The notes beneath the pieces are model-generated. The model did no database searches and was not told where the DNA came from. It worked only from the letters and a program-made list of their open reading frames with translations. A stretch of DNA of 64,000 bases from an uncultured Erysipelotrichaceae bacterium (GTDB lineage: Bacteria; Bacillota_I; Bacilli_A; Erysipelotrichales; Erysipelotrichaceae). Shown in pieces: positions 1-10,259 of the stretch. Within the stretch, counting starts at the first letter, position 1. The number at the start of each line of letters is the position of its first letter. A program made the translations under genes and the position numbers. The stretch is from contig CAYQNJ010000001.1 in NCBI GenBank assembly GCA_964418835.1, positions 52,630 through 116,629 on the forward strand, in the 5' to 3' direction.

Positions 1-1
1 T

Positions 2-130
2 ATGGAAACTGTTATTAAATCAATTATTGAAAATCAATCTACTGAAGTAGACACTGTATCTGGAGCTACAGTAAGTAGTGAAGCTTTAATTACAGCAGTA
101 AATGCTGCAATTGAAAAAGCATCTAAATAA
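2..130 (+). CDS. C-terminal end of an FMN-binding-domain protein (5' end lies outside the window)
   Basis: In-frame ORF from position 2 to TAA at 128-130; tail ...DTVSGATVSSEALITAVNAAIEKASK resembles the FMN_bind (SGAT) motif. Confidence 0.45.
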   Translation: METVIKSIIENQSTEVDTVSGATVSSEALITAVNAAIEKASK

Positions 131-242
131 CAAAGTAATTCGTTATTTTTTTATTAACATGTAAATATTTACATTTAATGTAAAATATTACAAAATATGT
201 TGACATTGTTTCAAATTTGCTTTATATTAGATATAAATTCTT

Positions 243-462
243 AGATCAAAAGAGTAGATTACTAAAACCATTAGCGAGTTTGGGTAGAGTGTAAGCCATT
301 CGGTACCTTAGTGATTGAAACGCATTTGTGAGAAGTTTAGCTGAAATAGAGTAGGTTAAATCGTATATCGGCGTTAACGTAATGAGTGGTTATATTTTTT
401 AATATAACAATTAGAGTGGTACCGCGCATAGTCGTCTCTTGTATATTCAGAGACGATTTTTA
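243..462 (+). promoter_or_regulatory. T-box leader riboswitch upstream of the amino-acid ABC transporter
   Basis: Stem I start GAUCAAAAGAGUAGAUU; conserved T-box sequence caattagagtggtaccgcg at ~407-426; terminator hairpin gtcgtctct/agagacgat + T-run at ~431-462. Confidence 0.75.
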
Positions 463-535
463 TGTTAAAGGGGGTATGACATGTTAAGTGATAGAGGTTT
501 TATAAAAATATAAATTTTAATTGGAGGGAAAGAAA

Positions 536-1432
536 ATGAAAAATTTAAATAACTTATTAAAAATTACAATCGTATTAATTCTAACTTTATCTATAGTTGG
601 TTGTTCTTCTAGTACTAAAACAGAAGAAACTAATGTAGAGGCTACTACTGAAACTTCTACTGCTGAAGGAAGTACAGTTCTAAATAAAATACTAGAGAGT
701 AAAACATTAATTGTTGGTACATCACCTGATTATCCACCAATGGAATTTCTTGATGCAAACCAACAACCAATAGGTTCTGATATTGAACTTGCAAAATATA
801 TAGCTCAACAACTTGGAGTTGAATTAAAAATTGAAACTATGGATTTTGCAGGAACACTAACTGCAGTTGATACAGGTAAAGTTGATTTAGCTATATCTGG
901 ATTTGGATGGAAAGAAGATCGTGCAGAAAGTTATGAATTATCATTAGGTTATAACAATACTGAAGATTCTGAATCTTCTTGTCATACAGTATTACTTAAA
1001 AAAGAAGATGTAGAAAAGTATCCTACAATAGAATCAATGGAAGGTACAACAATAGCTGCACAAGCTGCATCATTACAAGAAATGTATGTTGAAGATCAAA
1101 TACCTAATGCTACATTAGAAGTAGTACAGGCAATTGATCAAGGTGTATTAGCTCTTCAATCAGGTAAAGTACAAGGTTTGGCATTATCATGTGATATTGC
1201 AAAAGGTTATGCTAATACAATGTCAGATACAGCTATTGCAAAATTTGAATTTGATTTAACAATGTACAATGATTATGCAGGAAATGTAGTTGCTGCTAAA
1301 AAAGGTGAAACCGCATTAATAGAAAAAGTTAATGAAATTATTACAGAAGTAAATGAAACTGGTAAATTTGAAGAATGGCATGCAAATGCTAAAGTTCAAG
1401 CAAAAGAATTAGGAATTGATTTTGAAGAATAG
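536..1432 (+). CDS. Polar amino-acid ABC transporter substrate-binding lipoprotein (SBP family 3)
   Basis: RBS GGAGGG 524-529, ATG 536; signal peptide with lipobox LSIVGC; family-3 SBP-like sequence. Confidence 0.8.
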   Translation: MKNLNNLLKITIVLILTLSIVGCSSSTKTEETNVEATTETSTAEGSTVLNKILESKTLIVGTSPDYPPMEFLDANQQPIGSDIELAKYIAQQLGVELKIETMDFAGTLTAVDTGKVDLAISGFGWKEDRAESYELSLGYNNTEDSESSCHTVLLKKEDVEKYPTIESMEGTTIAAQAASLQEMYVEDQIPNATLEVVQAIDQGVLALQSGKVQGLALSCDIAKGYANTMSDTAIAKFEFDLTMYNDYAGNVVAAKKGETALIEKVNEIITEVNETGKFEEWHANAKVQAKELGIDFEE

Positions 1433-1445
1433 AAGGAGTTTATAA

Positions 1446-2114
1446 ATGGGTGGACCTGGAATATTAGAAGTACTATTTGAATATTATCCCTTGTTTCTTA
1501 GTGGTTTATGGACAACACTAAAACTTGCGTTTGTAGCGGTATTATTTGGTAGTATATTAGGGGCATTTATTACAATGATGACCTTATCAAAAAATAAAAT
1601 CATCAATGCCTTTGGGATTACTTATGTAACAGCATTCAGAGGTACACCAATATTAGTTCAACTATATATATTCTATTATTTTCTACCTATGGCTTTTCCA
1701 TTATTAAATAACTTATCTAAAACTACATTTGTATTGATGGCATTAATTGTAAATAGTAGTGCATATGTAAGTGAAATAATAAGAGGTGGTATTTTATCAG
1801 TAGATAAAGGACAAACTGAAGCTGCAAGATCTTTAGGTATGAGTAGTAAGAATTGTATGATTAAAATAGTACTTCCTCAAGCAATTAAATCAATTATTCC
1901 TTCATTAGGTAATGAATATATTATGATGGTTAAAGAAACATCTTTAGCATCTACTTTAGCTTTACATGAATTAATGTTTGTTAAAACAACTTTAGGAAAT
2001 AAGTTTCTTATATGGCAACCATTATTTATAATTGCTGGAATATATTTGTTAGTAACATTAATATTATCTTATGGGGTTAGTTTATTAGAAAAGAGGTTGA
2101 GTGTAAGTGACTAA
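1446..2114 (+). CDS. Polar amino-acid ABC transporter permease (HisM/ArtQ type)
   Basis: Multi-TM protein with an EAA-like loop; located between the SBP and ATPase genes. Confidence 0.85.
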   Translation: MGGPGILEVLFEYYPLFLSGLWTTLKLAFVAVLFGSILGAFITMMTLSKNKIINAFGITYVTAFRGTPILVQLYIFYYFLPMAFPLLNNLSKTTFVLMALIVNSSAYVSEIIRGGILSVDKGQTEAARSLGMSSKNCMIKIVLPQAIKSIIPSLGNEYIMMVKETSLASTLALHELMFVKTTLGNKFLIWQPLFIIAGIYLLVTLILSYGVSLLEKRLSVSD

Positions 2115-2847
2115 TGATGTGCTAATAAAAGTAGAAAACTTGAATAAAAGTTTTGGTGACTTACATGTATTGAAAAATGTAAGTGAAGTAATACATAAAG
2201 GAGAAGTTGTAAGTATTGTTGGACCTTCAGGTTCTGGTAAATCTACTTTTCTAAGATGTTTGAATTTATTAGAAAAACCTGAGTCAGGAAAAGTTATATT
2301 TGAAGGTGTTGATATAACTGATTCAAAGGTAAATATTGATCTTCATAGAAGAAAAATAGGAATGGTATTTCAGCATTTTAATGTATTTCCACATCTTACA
2401 GTATTAGAAAATATTACAATAACTCCAACATTAGAATTAAAAGTTCCTAAAGAACAAGCTAATGAAGAAGCTATGAAATTACTTAAAACTGTAGGGCTTG
2501 AAGATAAAGCAAATGAGTATCCTAGAAAACTATCTGGTGGACAAAAACAAAGACTTGCTATAGTTAGAGCACTAGCTATGCATCCTGATGTTATGTTGTT
2601 TGATGAACCAACAAGTGCATTAGATCCAGAAATGGTTAAAGATGTATTGGATGTAATAAAAAGTCTAGTTGATGCCGGGATGACTTGTGTGATAGTAACT
2701 CATGAAATGGGCTTTGCTAAACAGGTATCTGATAGGGTGTTATTTATGGATGAAGGAATTATAGCTGAACAAGGTACTCCTAAACAAATATTTGATAATC
2801 CTCAAAATCCAAGGACAATAGAATTTTTAAGTAAAGTTTTATATTAA
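2107..2847 (+). CDS. Polar amino-acid ABC transporter ATP-binding protein
   Basis: Walker [13 protein letters not shown] signature LSGGQKQR, Walker [11 protein letters not shown]; 8-nt overlap with the permease gene. Confidence 0.9.
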   Translation: MTNDVLIKVENLNKSFGDLHVLKNVSEVIHKGEVVSIVGPSGSGKSTFLRCLNLLEKPESGKVIFEGVDITDSKVNIDLHRRKIGMVFQHFNVFPHLTVLENITITPTLELKVPKEQANEEAMKLLKTVGLEDKANEYPRKLSGGQKQRLAIVRALAMHPDVMLFDEPTSALDPEMVKDVLDVIKSLVDAGMTCVIVTHEMGFAKQVSDRVLFMDEGIIAEQGTPKQIFDNPQNPRTIEFLSKVLY

Positions 2848-2854
2848 TATAAAA

Positions 2855-2890
2855 AACAGGAATCTAATACTTCCTGTTTTTTGCTTTTTT
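2855..2890 (+). terminator. Rho-independent terminator after the ABC transporter operon
   Basis: Hairpin aacaggaa...ttcctgtt followed by a T-run. Confidence 0.7.
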
Positions 2891-2950
2891 AATGTTATAA
2901 TGATTCATAGTATTATATACCTTTTTGGGTTTTTAAAAATGGAGATAAAT

Positions 2951-5900
2951 ATGAATATATTAGAAATAATGGGAGATATTCCTTTAAATACGAGCGATAA
3001 GATAACATTTGGTCAAATTGATATAATAAATATCACATTTTTTAAAAATAGAAACTTATTAAATTTAGATTTAAATAGTAATTTACCTTTAACATTTGAG
3101 AATTATTCAAAGATTAAAAAAATGTTGGAGAAGAAATTAGAAGTAAATGTAGAAATTAAAATTGATACACAATCTTCTAGATATGATTTAAATACTATAA
3201 GTAAATATATTGACTATATTACAAAATCAAATAAAGAATTATTCTTGTTTAAAAACATTCTTTTTAAGTATGATGATGATAAAAAAAGTGTTGAATTTTT
3301 ACTAGATAATAATATTAATATAAATAAATTAAAATCAAAAGTAGATTTTTATATTAATAAACTAAATGATTTTGGATTCAAGAATATTTTGATTGATATA
3401 ATTGAAAGTAACATTATAGATATACCTGAAGAAAAGGTTGTTATTATAAAGGAAAATCAAAAGAATAATTTTTCTAATTTTAAAAAGAATAACAGAATTA
3501 AACTTGAAGATTATTCTTTAGTTAATTTAGCAAATTTAGAAAATAATGAAGAATTTCATGTAAAGTTTACAGGCAAAATATTATCTATAAATTTAACAAC
3601 TTCAAAAGCATCTAATAATAGAATTGCTACATTACTTGTTACAGATGGTAATGGTGGAATAAATGCGAAGATATTTGAAAGAAAAGATGATAAACCTGAA
3701 AAATTTGATAGTTTAAAGAAAGGGAAGTCATTTATATTTTATGGAGATATAGTATTTGATTCCTTTAGTAAGGAATATATTTTTAAAATAGGTAAAATGG
3801 TTCCTTATGTTGAAAATAAAATTGTTGATGATGCTATAGATAAAAGAATTGAACTTCACCTACATACAACTATGTCAGAAATGGATGGAGTATGTGATGT
3901 AGATGAAGTTATTGAACATGCTTTTAATTTAGGTCATGAAGGAGTTACTATTTGTGATCATGGTTCTGTTCAAGCTTTTGCAAAAGCACATAATAAAGCA
4001 AAATCTTTACTTTCTAAACACAAAGATAGAAGTTTCAAAGTTTTATATGGTTGTGAGATGTATATGACTGATAAGAATCTATCAATAGTTCAAAATGCAA
4101 ATGACTCTTTATTAAGAGATCAAACTTATGTAATCTTTGACTTAGAAACAACTGGTTTATCAAATCATTTTGATAGGATTATTGAATTTGGGGCGATTAA
4201 AATAAAAAACCATGAAGAAATAGGTAAACTACAAATGTTTATAAACCCTAATATGGATATACCTGAGTTTATTTCGTTTAAAACAAATATTACAAATAGC
4301 ATGGTTGATAATGAACCTGAATTTAAAGATGTTATTGATAAAATTCTAAGCTTTATTGGTGATAGTGTTTTAGTTGCACATAATGCTGATTTTGACTTTG
4401 GATTTCTTAATGAATCTCTAAAAAGAATAGGAAAAGAAGAATTAAAGAATCCTGTTATTGATACTCTAGACTTAGCAAGGGCTCTTCATAGTGATAGAAG
4501 GGCATACAGGCTTGGTAATATAGCTAGACTATATGGTGTAACCTATGATGAAGATGTGGCTCATAGAGCAGATTATGATGCTAAAGTGCTTGGTGATACT
4601 TTTTTAAGAATGTTAAATGAAGTCGATAAGAAGGGTGCATACACTTTAAATGAACTACAAAAACTACAAGATGAAAATGCTTTTTCTAAAAATAGGGCAA
4701 GTCATGTTGTTGTATTAGCTAAGAATCAAAAAGGAATTAAAGATTTATATGAACTTGTAACTACTTCTAATACAAAATCTCTTGCAGTTTTTGGAAAAGG
4801 TGGAGAGGAATTCTTATCTGAACCTCGTATATTTAAAGAAGGATTAAATGATAATCGTGAAAACCTATTACTTGGTTCTGCTTGTTTAAATGGTGATGTT
4901 TTTGAGTGTGCTGCTAATAAGGATCAATCATCATTAGAAAAAGCTATTTCATTTTATGATTATATAGAAATTCAACCTTTAGATAACTATAGTAATCTAT
5001 TAGTTATGAATTCTATAAAAGATATGGAAAGATTAAAAGAAATAATTAGAAGAATAATAGATACATCAGTTAAGCTTAATAAAACTATAGTTGCTACTGG
5101 TGATGTTCACTATTTAATACCTGAACAAAAGAAGTTTAGAGATGTATATATTAATTCACAAGGGGTAGGTGGAGTTAGACATCCTTTATATATTAGAAAT
5201 AAAAATTTAAGAAAATCAAATATAAATCCTAATCAACATTTTAGAACGACTAATGAAATGTTAGATTGTTTTAGTTGGTTAAATGATCCAGATTTATCTA
5301 AAATGTTGGTTATTGATAATACAAAATTAATTTTTGATAGTATAGAGTATGTATTACCTGTACCTGAAGGTACATATCCACCAATAGTAGAAGGATCTGC
5401 TGAAAAACTGAGAAATGTTTGTTATGTTAATGCGCATAAAATTTATGGTAAAAAACTACCTGATATTGTTAGTAAAAGATTAGAAAGAGAGCTTGATAGT
5501 ATCATAAGCAATGGATATTCTGTTGTTTATTATATTTCACATTTACTTGTTAAAAAGAGTAATGAAGATGGATATTTAGTTGGTTCAAGAGGTTCTGTTG
5601 GCTCATCTTTTGTTGCTACCATGTCAAATATTACTGAAGTAAATCCACTAAGCCCTCATTATATTTGTAAAAACTGTGGTCATAATGAGTTTGTTTTAGA
5701 TGGCAGTGTTGCTTCTGGTTATGATTTAGAAGATAAACCATGTCCTAAGTGCAATGAAATAATGAAGGGTGATGGACATAATATACCATTTGAAACTTTC
5801 TTAGGGTTTAAAGGTGATAAAGTTCCAGATATTGATCTTAACTTTTCAAATGAGTATCAAGCTAAGGCACATAATTTTACTAAGGAAGTCTTTGGAGAAG

Positions 5901-7273
5901 ATCATGTATTTAGAGCTGGTACAATAGGTACTGTTGCTGATAAGACTGCTTTTGGTTATGTTAGTGGATATTTAGAGGAAATGGGACTAGAACATGTTAG
6001 TAAAGCCACAAAAGAATATCTAGCTAGTGGATGTGTAGGTATAAAAAGAACAACTGGTCAACATCCTGGTGGTATTATTGTTATTCCGCAGGATAAAGAT
6101 CCATCTGATTTTACTCCAATTCAATTTCCTGCAAATGATAAGAATTCTGAATGGAAAACTACTCATTTTGACTTCCATGATATTCATGATAATGTACTTA
6201 AATTTGATATTTTGGGCCATATTGATCCTACTGCAATGAGACTTTTATATAATATTTCTAATATTGATCCAACTACAATTCCAATGAATGATAAAAGAGT
6301 ATTATCTTTATTTTCTTCTTCAGAAGAATTAAATGCCGATACTAGAAATTATGAGGAGAAAACTGGTGCAATGGGACTACCAGAATTTGGTACTAGAATT
6401 ACAAGAAGAGTTTTAGAAGAGTGTAAACCTACTAAATTTAGTGAATTAGTTATTATTTCAGGATTGACACATGGTACTGATGTATGGGCAAACAATGCTC
6501 AGACACTAATACAAAGTGGTGTACCACTCGAAGAAGTAATAGGGTGTAGAGATGATATTATGACTTATTTAATTGAAAAAGGTTTAGAACCTATTACTGC
6601 ATTCAATATTATGGAATCAGTAAGAAAGGGTAAAGGTTTAAAAGCTGATTGGGAAGATATTATGAAGAGTCATAATGTTCCTGATTGGTATATTGATAGT
6701 TGTAAAAAAATTAAGTATATGTTTCCTAAAGCTCATGCTTGTGCTTATGTTATTATGGCTTTAAGAATTGCTTGGTTTAAAGTATATTATCCACATTATT
6801 TCTATGTACAATATTTTACTTTAAGATGTGATGCATATGAAATTGAAACAATGTCCAAAGGTAGTCTTGCTGTTAAGTTAAGAATGAATGATATAGAATC
6901 TAGATTACGTGTTTTTGGAGAACAAAGAGCTACGAATAAAGAAAGAGCTTTGTATGATACTTTAGAGATAACTAAAGAATTATATGCAAGAGGCTATTCT
7001 ATTAGTAATATTGACTTATATAAATCTAAGGCAACAGAATTTAGCGTAGATAAGGATGATCCTAAAGTAATAATTCCTTCATTTATAACTGTAGATGGTT
7101 TAGGAGTTGGTGTTGCTAAGTCGATAGAAGATGCTAGGAAAAATGGAGAATTTATATCAAAAGAAGACTTAATAAATAGAACTCAATTGTCTTCTAAGTT
7201 AGTAGAAAAACTAGATAATTTAGGCTGTTTAAAGGGTTTATCTGAAACAAATCAAATGTCATTGTTTGGTTGA
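2951..7273 (+). CDS. polC: DNA polymerase III alpha subunit PolC (Gram-positive type with 3'-5' exonuclease)
   Basis: 1440 aa; PHP domain HLHTTMSEMDG, exonuclease motif FDLETTGL, zinc-finger cysteines, PolC C-terminal domain; RBS GGAGA before ATG 2951 (the ORF track start at 2900 is an upstream extension). Confidence 0.95.
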   Translation: MNILEIMGDIPLNTSDKITFGQIDIINITFFKNRNLLNLDLNSNLPLTFENYSKIKKMLEKKLEVNVEIKIDTQSSRYDLNTISKYIDYITKSNKELFLFKNILFKYDDDKKSVEFLLDNNININKLKSKVDFYINKLNDFGFKNILIDIIESNIIDIPEEKVVIIKENQKNNFSNFKKNNRIKLEDYSLVNLANLENNEEFHVKFTGKILSINLTTSKASNNRIATLLVTDGNGGINAKIFERKDDKPEKFDSLKKGKSFIFYGDIVFDSFSKEYIFKIGKMVPYVENKIVDDAIDKRIELHLHTTMSEMDGVCDVDEVIEHAFNLGHEGVTICDHGSVQAFAKAHNKAKSLLSKHKDRSFKVLYGCEMYMTDKNLSIVQNANDSLLRDQTYVIFDLETTGLSNHFDRIIEFGAIKIKNHEEIGKLQMFINPNMDIPEFISFKTNITNSMVDNEPEFKDVIDKILSFIGDSVLVAHNADFDFGFLNESLKRIGKEELKNPVIDTLDLARALHSDRRAYRLGNIARLYGVTYDEDVAHRADYDAKVLGDTFLRMLNEVDKKGAYTLNELQKLQDENAFSKNRASHVVVLAKNQKGIKDLYELVTTSNTKSLAVFGKGGEEFLSEPRIFKEGLNDNRENLLLGSACLNGDVFECAANKDQSSLEKAISFYDYIEIQPLDNYSNLLVMNSIKDMERLKEIIRRIIDTSVKLNKTIVATGDVHYLIPEQKKFRDVYINSQGVGGVRHPLYIRNKNLRKSNINPNQHFRTTNEMLDCFSWLNDPDLSKMLVIDNTKLIFDSIEYVLPVPEGTYPPIVEGSAEKLRNVCYVNAHKIYGKKLPDIVSKRLERELDSIISNGYSVVYYISHLLVKKSNEDGYLVGSRGSVGSSFVATMSNITEVNPLSPHYICKNCGHNEFVLDGSVASGYDLEDKPCPKCNEIMKGDGHNIPFETFLGFKGDKVPDIDLNFSNEYQAKAHNFTKEVFGEDHVFRAGTIGTVADKTAFGYVSGYLEEMGLEHVSKATKEYLASGCVGIKRTTGQHPGGIIVIPQDKDPSDFTPIQFPANDKNSEWKTTHFDFHDIHDNVLKFDILGHIDPTAMRLLYNISNIDPTTIPMNDKRVLSLFSSSEELNADTRNYEEKTGAMGLPEFGTRITRRVLEECKPTKFSELVIISGLTHGTDVWANNAQTLIQSGVPLEEVIGCRDDIMTYLIEKGLEPITAFNIMESVRKGKGLKADWEDIMKSHNVPDWYIDSCKKIKYMFPKAHACAYVIMALRIAWFKVYYPHYFYVQYFTLRCDAYEIETMSKGSLAVKLRMNDIESRLRVFGEQRATNKERALYDTLEITKELYARGYSISNIDLYKSKATEFSVDKDDPKVIIPSFITVDGLGVGVAKSIEDARKNGEFISKEDLINRTQLSSKLVEKLDNLGCLKGLSETNQMSLFG

Positions 7274-7395
7274 CTTATATAGTTATTTATGGTATTATCG
7301 CTATGTTATAGGCCTCTATAGGCAATAACCGCTCAATCATTGGGATAATAAGTGTCATTAGACCCCCAAGTTGGCGCGTCTTAAGCAAAAAAGAA
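7270..7395 (+). promoter_or_regulatory. Sigma-A promoter plus L21 (rplU) ribosomal-protein leader
   Basis: TTGACT 7270-7275, 17-nt spacer, TATTAT 7293-7298; ~100-nt structured GC-richer leader before rplU, as in the Bacillus rplU-ysxB-rpmA operon. Confidence 0.55.
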
Positions 7396-7410
7396 TTGGA
7401 GGTGCAAGTT

Positions 7411-7722
7411 ATGTACGCAGTAGTTGAAACTGGTGGAAAGCAATTAATAGTAAAAGAAGGACAAGAAATCTATGTTGAAAAACTAGAAGCTGAAGTAGGA
7501 GATAAAATTACTTTAGATAAAGTTGTATTACTTTCTGATGCTAGTACTAAAATCGGAACTCCTTATGTTGAAGGAGCAAAGGTAGAATGTACAGTTGCTA
7601 AACAAGGAAAAGACAAGAAAATTACGATTTTCAAATACAAAGCTAAAAAAGGCTCAACTAGAAAAAAACAAGGTCATAGACAACCTTATACAAAATTAAC
7701 TGTAGACACAATAGTTGGTTAA
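7411..7722 (+). CDS. rplU: 50S ribosomal protein L21
   Basis: [11 protein letters not shown]... typical L21; RBS GGAGG upstream. Confidence 0.95.
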   Translation: MYAVVETGGKQLIVKEGQEIYVEKLEAEVGDKITLDKVVLLSDASTKIGTPYVEGAKVECTVAKQGKDKKITIFKYKAKKGSTRKKQGHRQPYTKLTVDTIVG

Positions 7723-7724
7723 TT

Positions 7725-8036
7725 ATGATTTATGTTAGTGTTCAAAAGCATAATGATAGAATAGTTGGTATGAATAGTCATGGACATTCAGATTATGCTA
7801 ATCATGGTGAAGATTTAGTTTGTGCAGGTGTTAGTAGTATAGTAATTGGTTTATGTAATGCATTAGATATATTATATCCAAGTGCAAAATGTACAGTAGC
7901 TAATAATATTATTACTATAAAAATACCTGAGCCTAATGATGTATCAGATACAATAATGAATACTGGTATTATTCAATTAGAAACAATATTAGAAGTTTAT
8001 TCAAAAAATATAAAAATTATTAAACAGGAGGTGTAA
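7725..8036 (+). CDS. prp: Ribosomal-processing cysteine protease Prp (YsxB family)
   Basis: Conserved position between rplU and rpmA; GH...DLVCAGVS catalytic His/Cys motifs. Confidence 0.85.
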   Translation: MIYVSVQKHNDRIVGMNSHGHSDYANHGEDLVCAGVSSIVIGLCNALDILYPSAKCTVANNIITIKIPEPNDVSDTIMNTGIIQLETILEVYSKNIKIIKQEV

Positions 8037-8039
8037 CCC

Positions 8040-8324
8040 ATGAAGTTTATGTTAGATATTCAGTTCTTTGCAAGTAAAAAAGGTGTTAGTTCTACAAAGA
8101 ACGGTCGTGACTCTCATTCAAAACGTTTAGGTTCTAAGAAATCTGACGGTGAATTTGCGAGTGCTGGATCAATTTTATATCGTCAACGTGGAACAAAAAT
8201 CCATCCAGGAACAAATGTTGGTCGTGGTGGAGATGACACATTGTTTGCTTTAGTTGATGGTGTGGTTAAATTTGAACGCTTTGGAAAAGCAAAGAAAAAA
8301 GTTTCAGTATATCCACAAGCATAA
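8040..8324 (+). CDS. rpmA: 50S ribosomal protein L27 with cleavable N-terminal propeptide
   Basis: [10 protein letters not shown]|[15 protein letters not shown] matches the Firmicute L27 pro-sequence and Prp cleavage site. Confidence 0.95.
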   Translation: MKFMLDIQFFASKKGVSSTKNGRDSHSKRLGSKKSDGEFASAGSILYRQRGTKIHPGTNVGRGGDDTLFALVDGVVKFERFGKAKKKVSVYPQA

Positions 8325-8326
8325 TT

Positions 8327-8356
8327 AAATCCCCATTATTGGGGATTTTATTTTAG
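8327..8356 (+). terminator. Hairpin/attenuator between rpmA and obg
   Basis: aaatccccattattggggattt followed by a T-run, immediately before the obg RBS. Confidence 0.5.
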
Positions 8357-8365
8357 GAGAAATGT

Positions 8366-9646
8366 ATGTTTATAGATAGTGTAAAAATAAAAGTAAAAGC
8401 TGGAGATGGTGGTAATGGTCTTGTGGCTTTTAGACGTGAAAAATATGTTCCTTTTGGTGGACCTTCAGGTGGAGATGGAGGAAAAGGTGGTAGTATAATT
8501 TTTGAAGTTGATACTAATAAATCAACTCTTTTAGATTTAAGATATAGTAAGTCAATTACCGCAAAAAATGGTGAACCAGGTAAAAATAAAAAAATGTTCG
8601 GAGCTAGTGGAGAAGATGTAATTATAAAAGTACCGCAAGGAACTATTGTAAAAGATTTAAAAACTGGAAGAGTTATTGCTGATTTATTAGAAGTTAATCA
8701 AAGAGAAGTAATCGCAAAAGGTGGCAAAGGTGGTAAGGGAAATAGACACTTTGCAACAAGTCGTGATAGTGCTCCTGAATTTGCTCAACCAGGAGAAAGT
8801 GGAGAATCATTTGAAATACAATTAGATTTAAAACTTTTAGCAGACGTTGGTTTAATTGGATTTCCTTCTGTAGGGAAATCAACTTTATTATCTGTAGTTT
8901 CAGCAGCTAAACCAGAAATAGCTGATTATCATTTTACTACTATCATCCCAAACTTAGGTGTAGTTAAAGTAAAAGATGGTAGAAGTTTTGTAATGGCTGA
9001 TTTACCTGGTTTAATTAAAGGTGCATCTCAAGGAAAAGGACTTGGTCATGAATTTTTAAAACATATAGAAAGATGTAGAGTTTTGATACATGTTATTGAT
9101 ATGGGTGGAGTTGATGGTAGAGATCCACTTGAAGATTATAAAATTATAAATGAAGAGTTAAAGGAATATGAATATAGACTAAGTGAAAGACCTCAAATAG
9201 TTTTTGCAAATAAAATTGATGTTGATGGAGCTTTAGATAACCTAGCTAGATTTAAAGAAACTTATCCAGAAGTAAAAGTTTATAAGGGAAGTGCAATTAT
9301 TCATGAAGGTATTGATGAATTACTATATGCTATTATGGATTTATTAAGTGTAACTCCTCAATTTCCATTGTTTGAATCTAAAGATGAAGAAGGTCATATT
9401 ACTTATACTTTTGAACCAGAAGAAAAAGATATAGAAGTATTAAATTTAGGTAATGGTCAATGGAGAATTATTAGTGATAAAGCTAGTAGAATATTTAAAA
9501 CTATTAATTTTGATACTGAAGAAGGAATTTATAGGTTTGGTATGTCAATGAAAAAACTTGGTGTTGATACTGCTTTAAGAGAAGCTGGAGCAAAACAAGG
9601 AGATTTAGTAGTTTTAGATGATTTTAGATTTGAATTTGTTGAATAA
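8366..9646 (+). CDS. obg: GTPase Obg
   Basis: N-terminal Obg fold with glycine-rich GDGGNG/GGDGGKGG; G domain GFPSVGKST; C-terminal OCT domain. Confidence 0.95.
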   Translation: MFIDSVKIKVKAGDGGNGLVAFRREKYVPFGGPSGGDGGKGGSIIFEVDTNKSTLLDLRYSKSITAKNGEPGKNKKMFGASGEDVIIKVPQGTIVKDLKTGRVIADLLEVNQREVIAKGGKGGKGNRHFATSRDSAPEFAQPGESGESFEIQLDLKLLADVGLIGFPSVGKSTLLSVVSAAKPEIADYHFTTIIPNLGVVKVKDGRSFVMADLPGLIKGASQGKGLGHEFLKHIERCRVLIHVIDMGGVDGRDPLEDYKIINEELKEYEYRLSERPQIVFANKIDVDGALDNLARFKETYPEVKVYKGSAIIHEGIDELLYAIMDLLSVTPQFPLFESKDEEGHITYTFEPEEKDIEVLNLGNGQWRIISDKASRIFKTINFDTEEGIYRFGMSMKKLGVDTALREAGAKQGDLVVLDDFRFEFVE

Positions 9647-9679
9647 TGATATAATCAATTTATTGAAAGGTGATATTTA

Positions 9680-10255
9680 ATGATTGCATTTGTTAAAGGT
9701 ATAGTATTTGCTTATGGAATTGATTGGGTGATATTAGATAATAATGGTATAGGATATAAAATTAACTTTTCTCATCCAAATGAATTAACATTGAACAAAG
9801 AAAAATTAATATATACTTACCAACATGTTAGGGAAGATGATATTAGTCTTTTTGGGTTTTTAAGCTTGGAAGAACATGATTTTTTCTTGAAACTAATAAA
9901 TGTTAAGGGAGTGGGTCCTAAGTCAGCAATGAATATATTATCTAAAGCTGATTATAAAAAGATTATAAGTTCCATTGAAAGTAAAGATATTAACTTTTTA
10001 AAGACAATGCCTGGTGTTGGTGCAAAAACTGCAAGTCAAATTATTTTAGACTTAAAAGGAAAATTGATAAGTGAATCAAATGAAAAATCACTAAACAATG
10101 AACTAAATGATGCTATAGAAGCATTAAAGAATTTAGGATATAAACAAGGAGAAATAAACTCCATTACTAATACTTTATTAGAAGATCCTAATTTAAATAG
10201 TGATGAATATTTAAAATTAGGATTAAAATTACTTATGAAGAAGAAAATGGGGTGA
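9680..10255 (+). CDS. ruvA: Holliday junction DNA helicase RuvA
   Basis: 191 aa; HhH motifs LINVKGVGPKSA and MPGVGAKTA. Confidence 0.9.
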   Translation: MIAFVKGIVFAYGIDWVILDNNGIGYKINFSHPNELTLNKEKLIYTYQHVREDDISLFGFLSLEEHDFFLKLINVKGVGPKSAMNILSKADYKKIISSIESKDINFLKTMPGVGAKTASQIILDLKGKLISESNEKSLNNELNDAIEALKNLGYKQGEINSITNTLLEDPNLNSDEYLKLGLKLLMKKKMG

Positions 10256-10259
10256 ATGA

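Noticed and set aside
2900-2950. N-terminal extension of the polC ORF (MIHSIIYLFGFLKMEIN...)
   Set aside because: The extension overlaps the upstream terminator T-run and lacks an RBS; ATG 2951 is preceded by GGAGA and matches PolC N-termini
6020-6220. 66-aa minus-strand ORF inside polC
   Set aside because: Antisense to a highly conserved coding region; low-complexity translation; no RBS
8694-8882. 62-aa minus-strand ORF inside obg
   Set aside because: Antisense overlap with conserved obg; typical spurious ORF in AT-rich DNA
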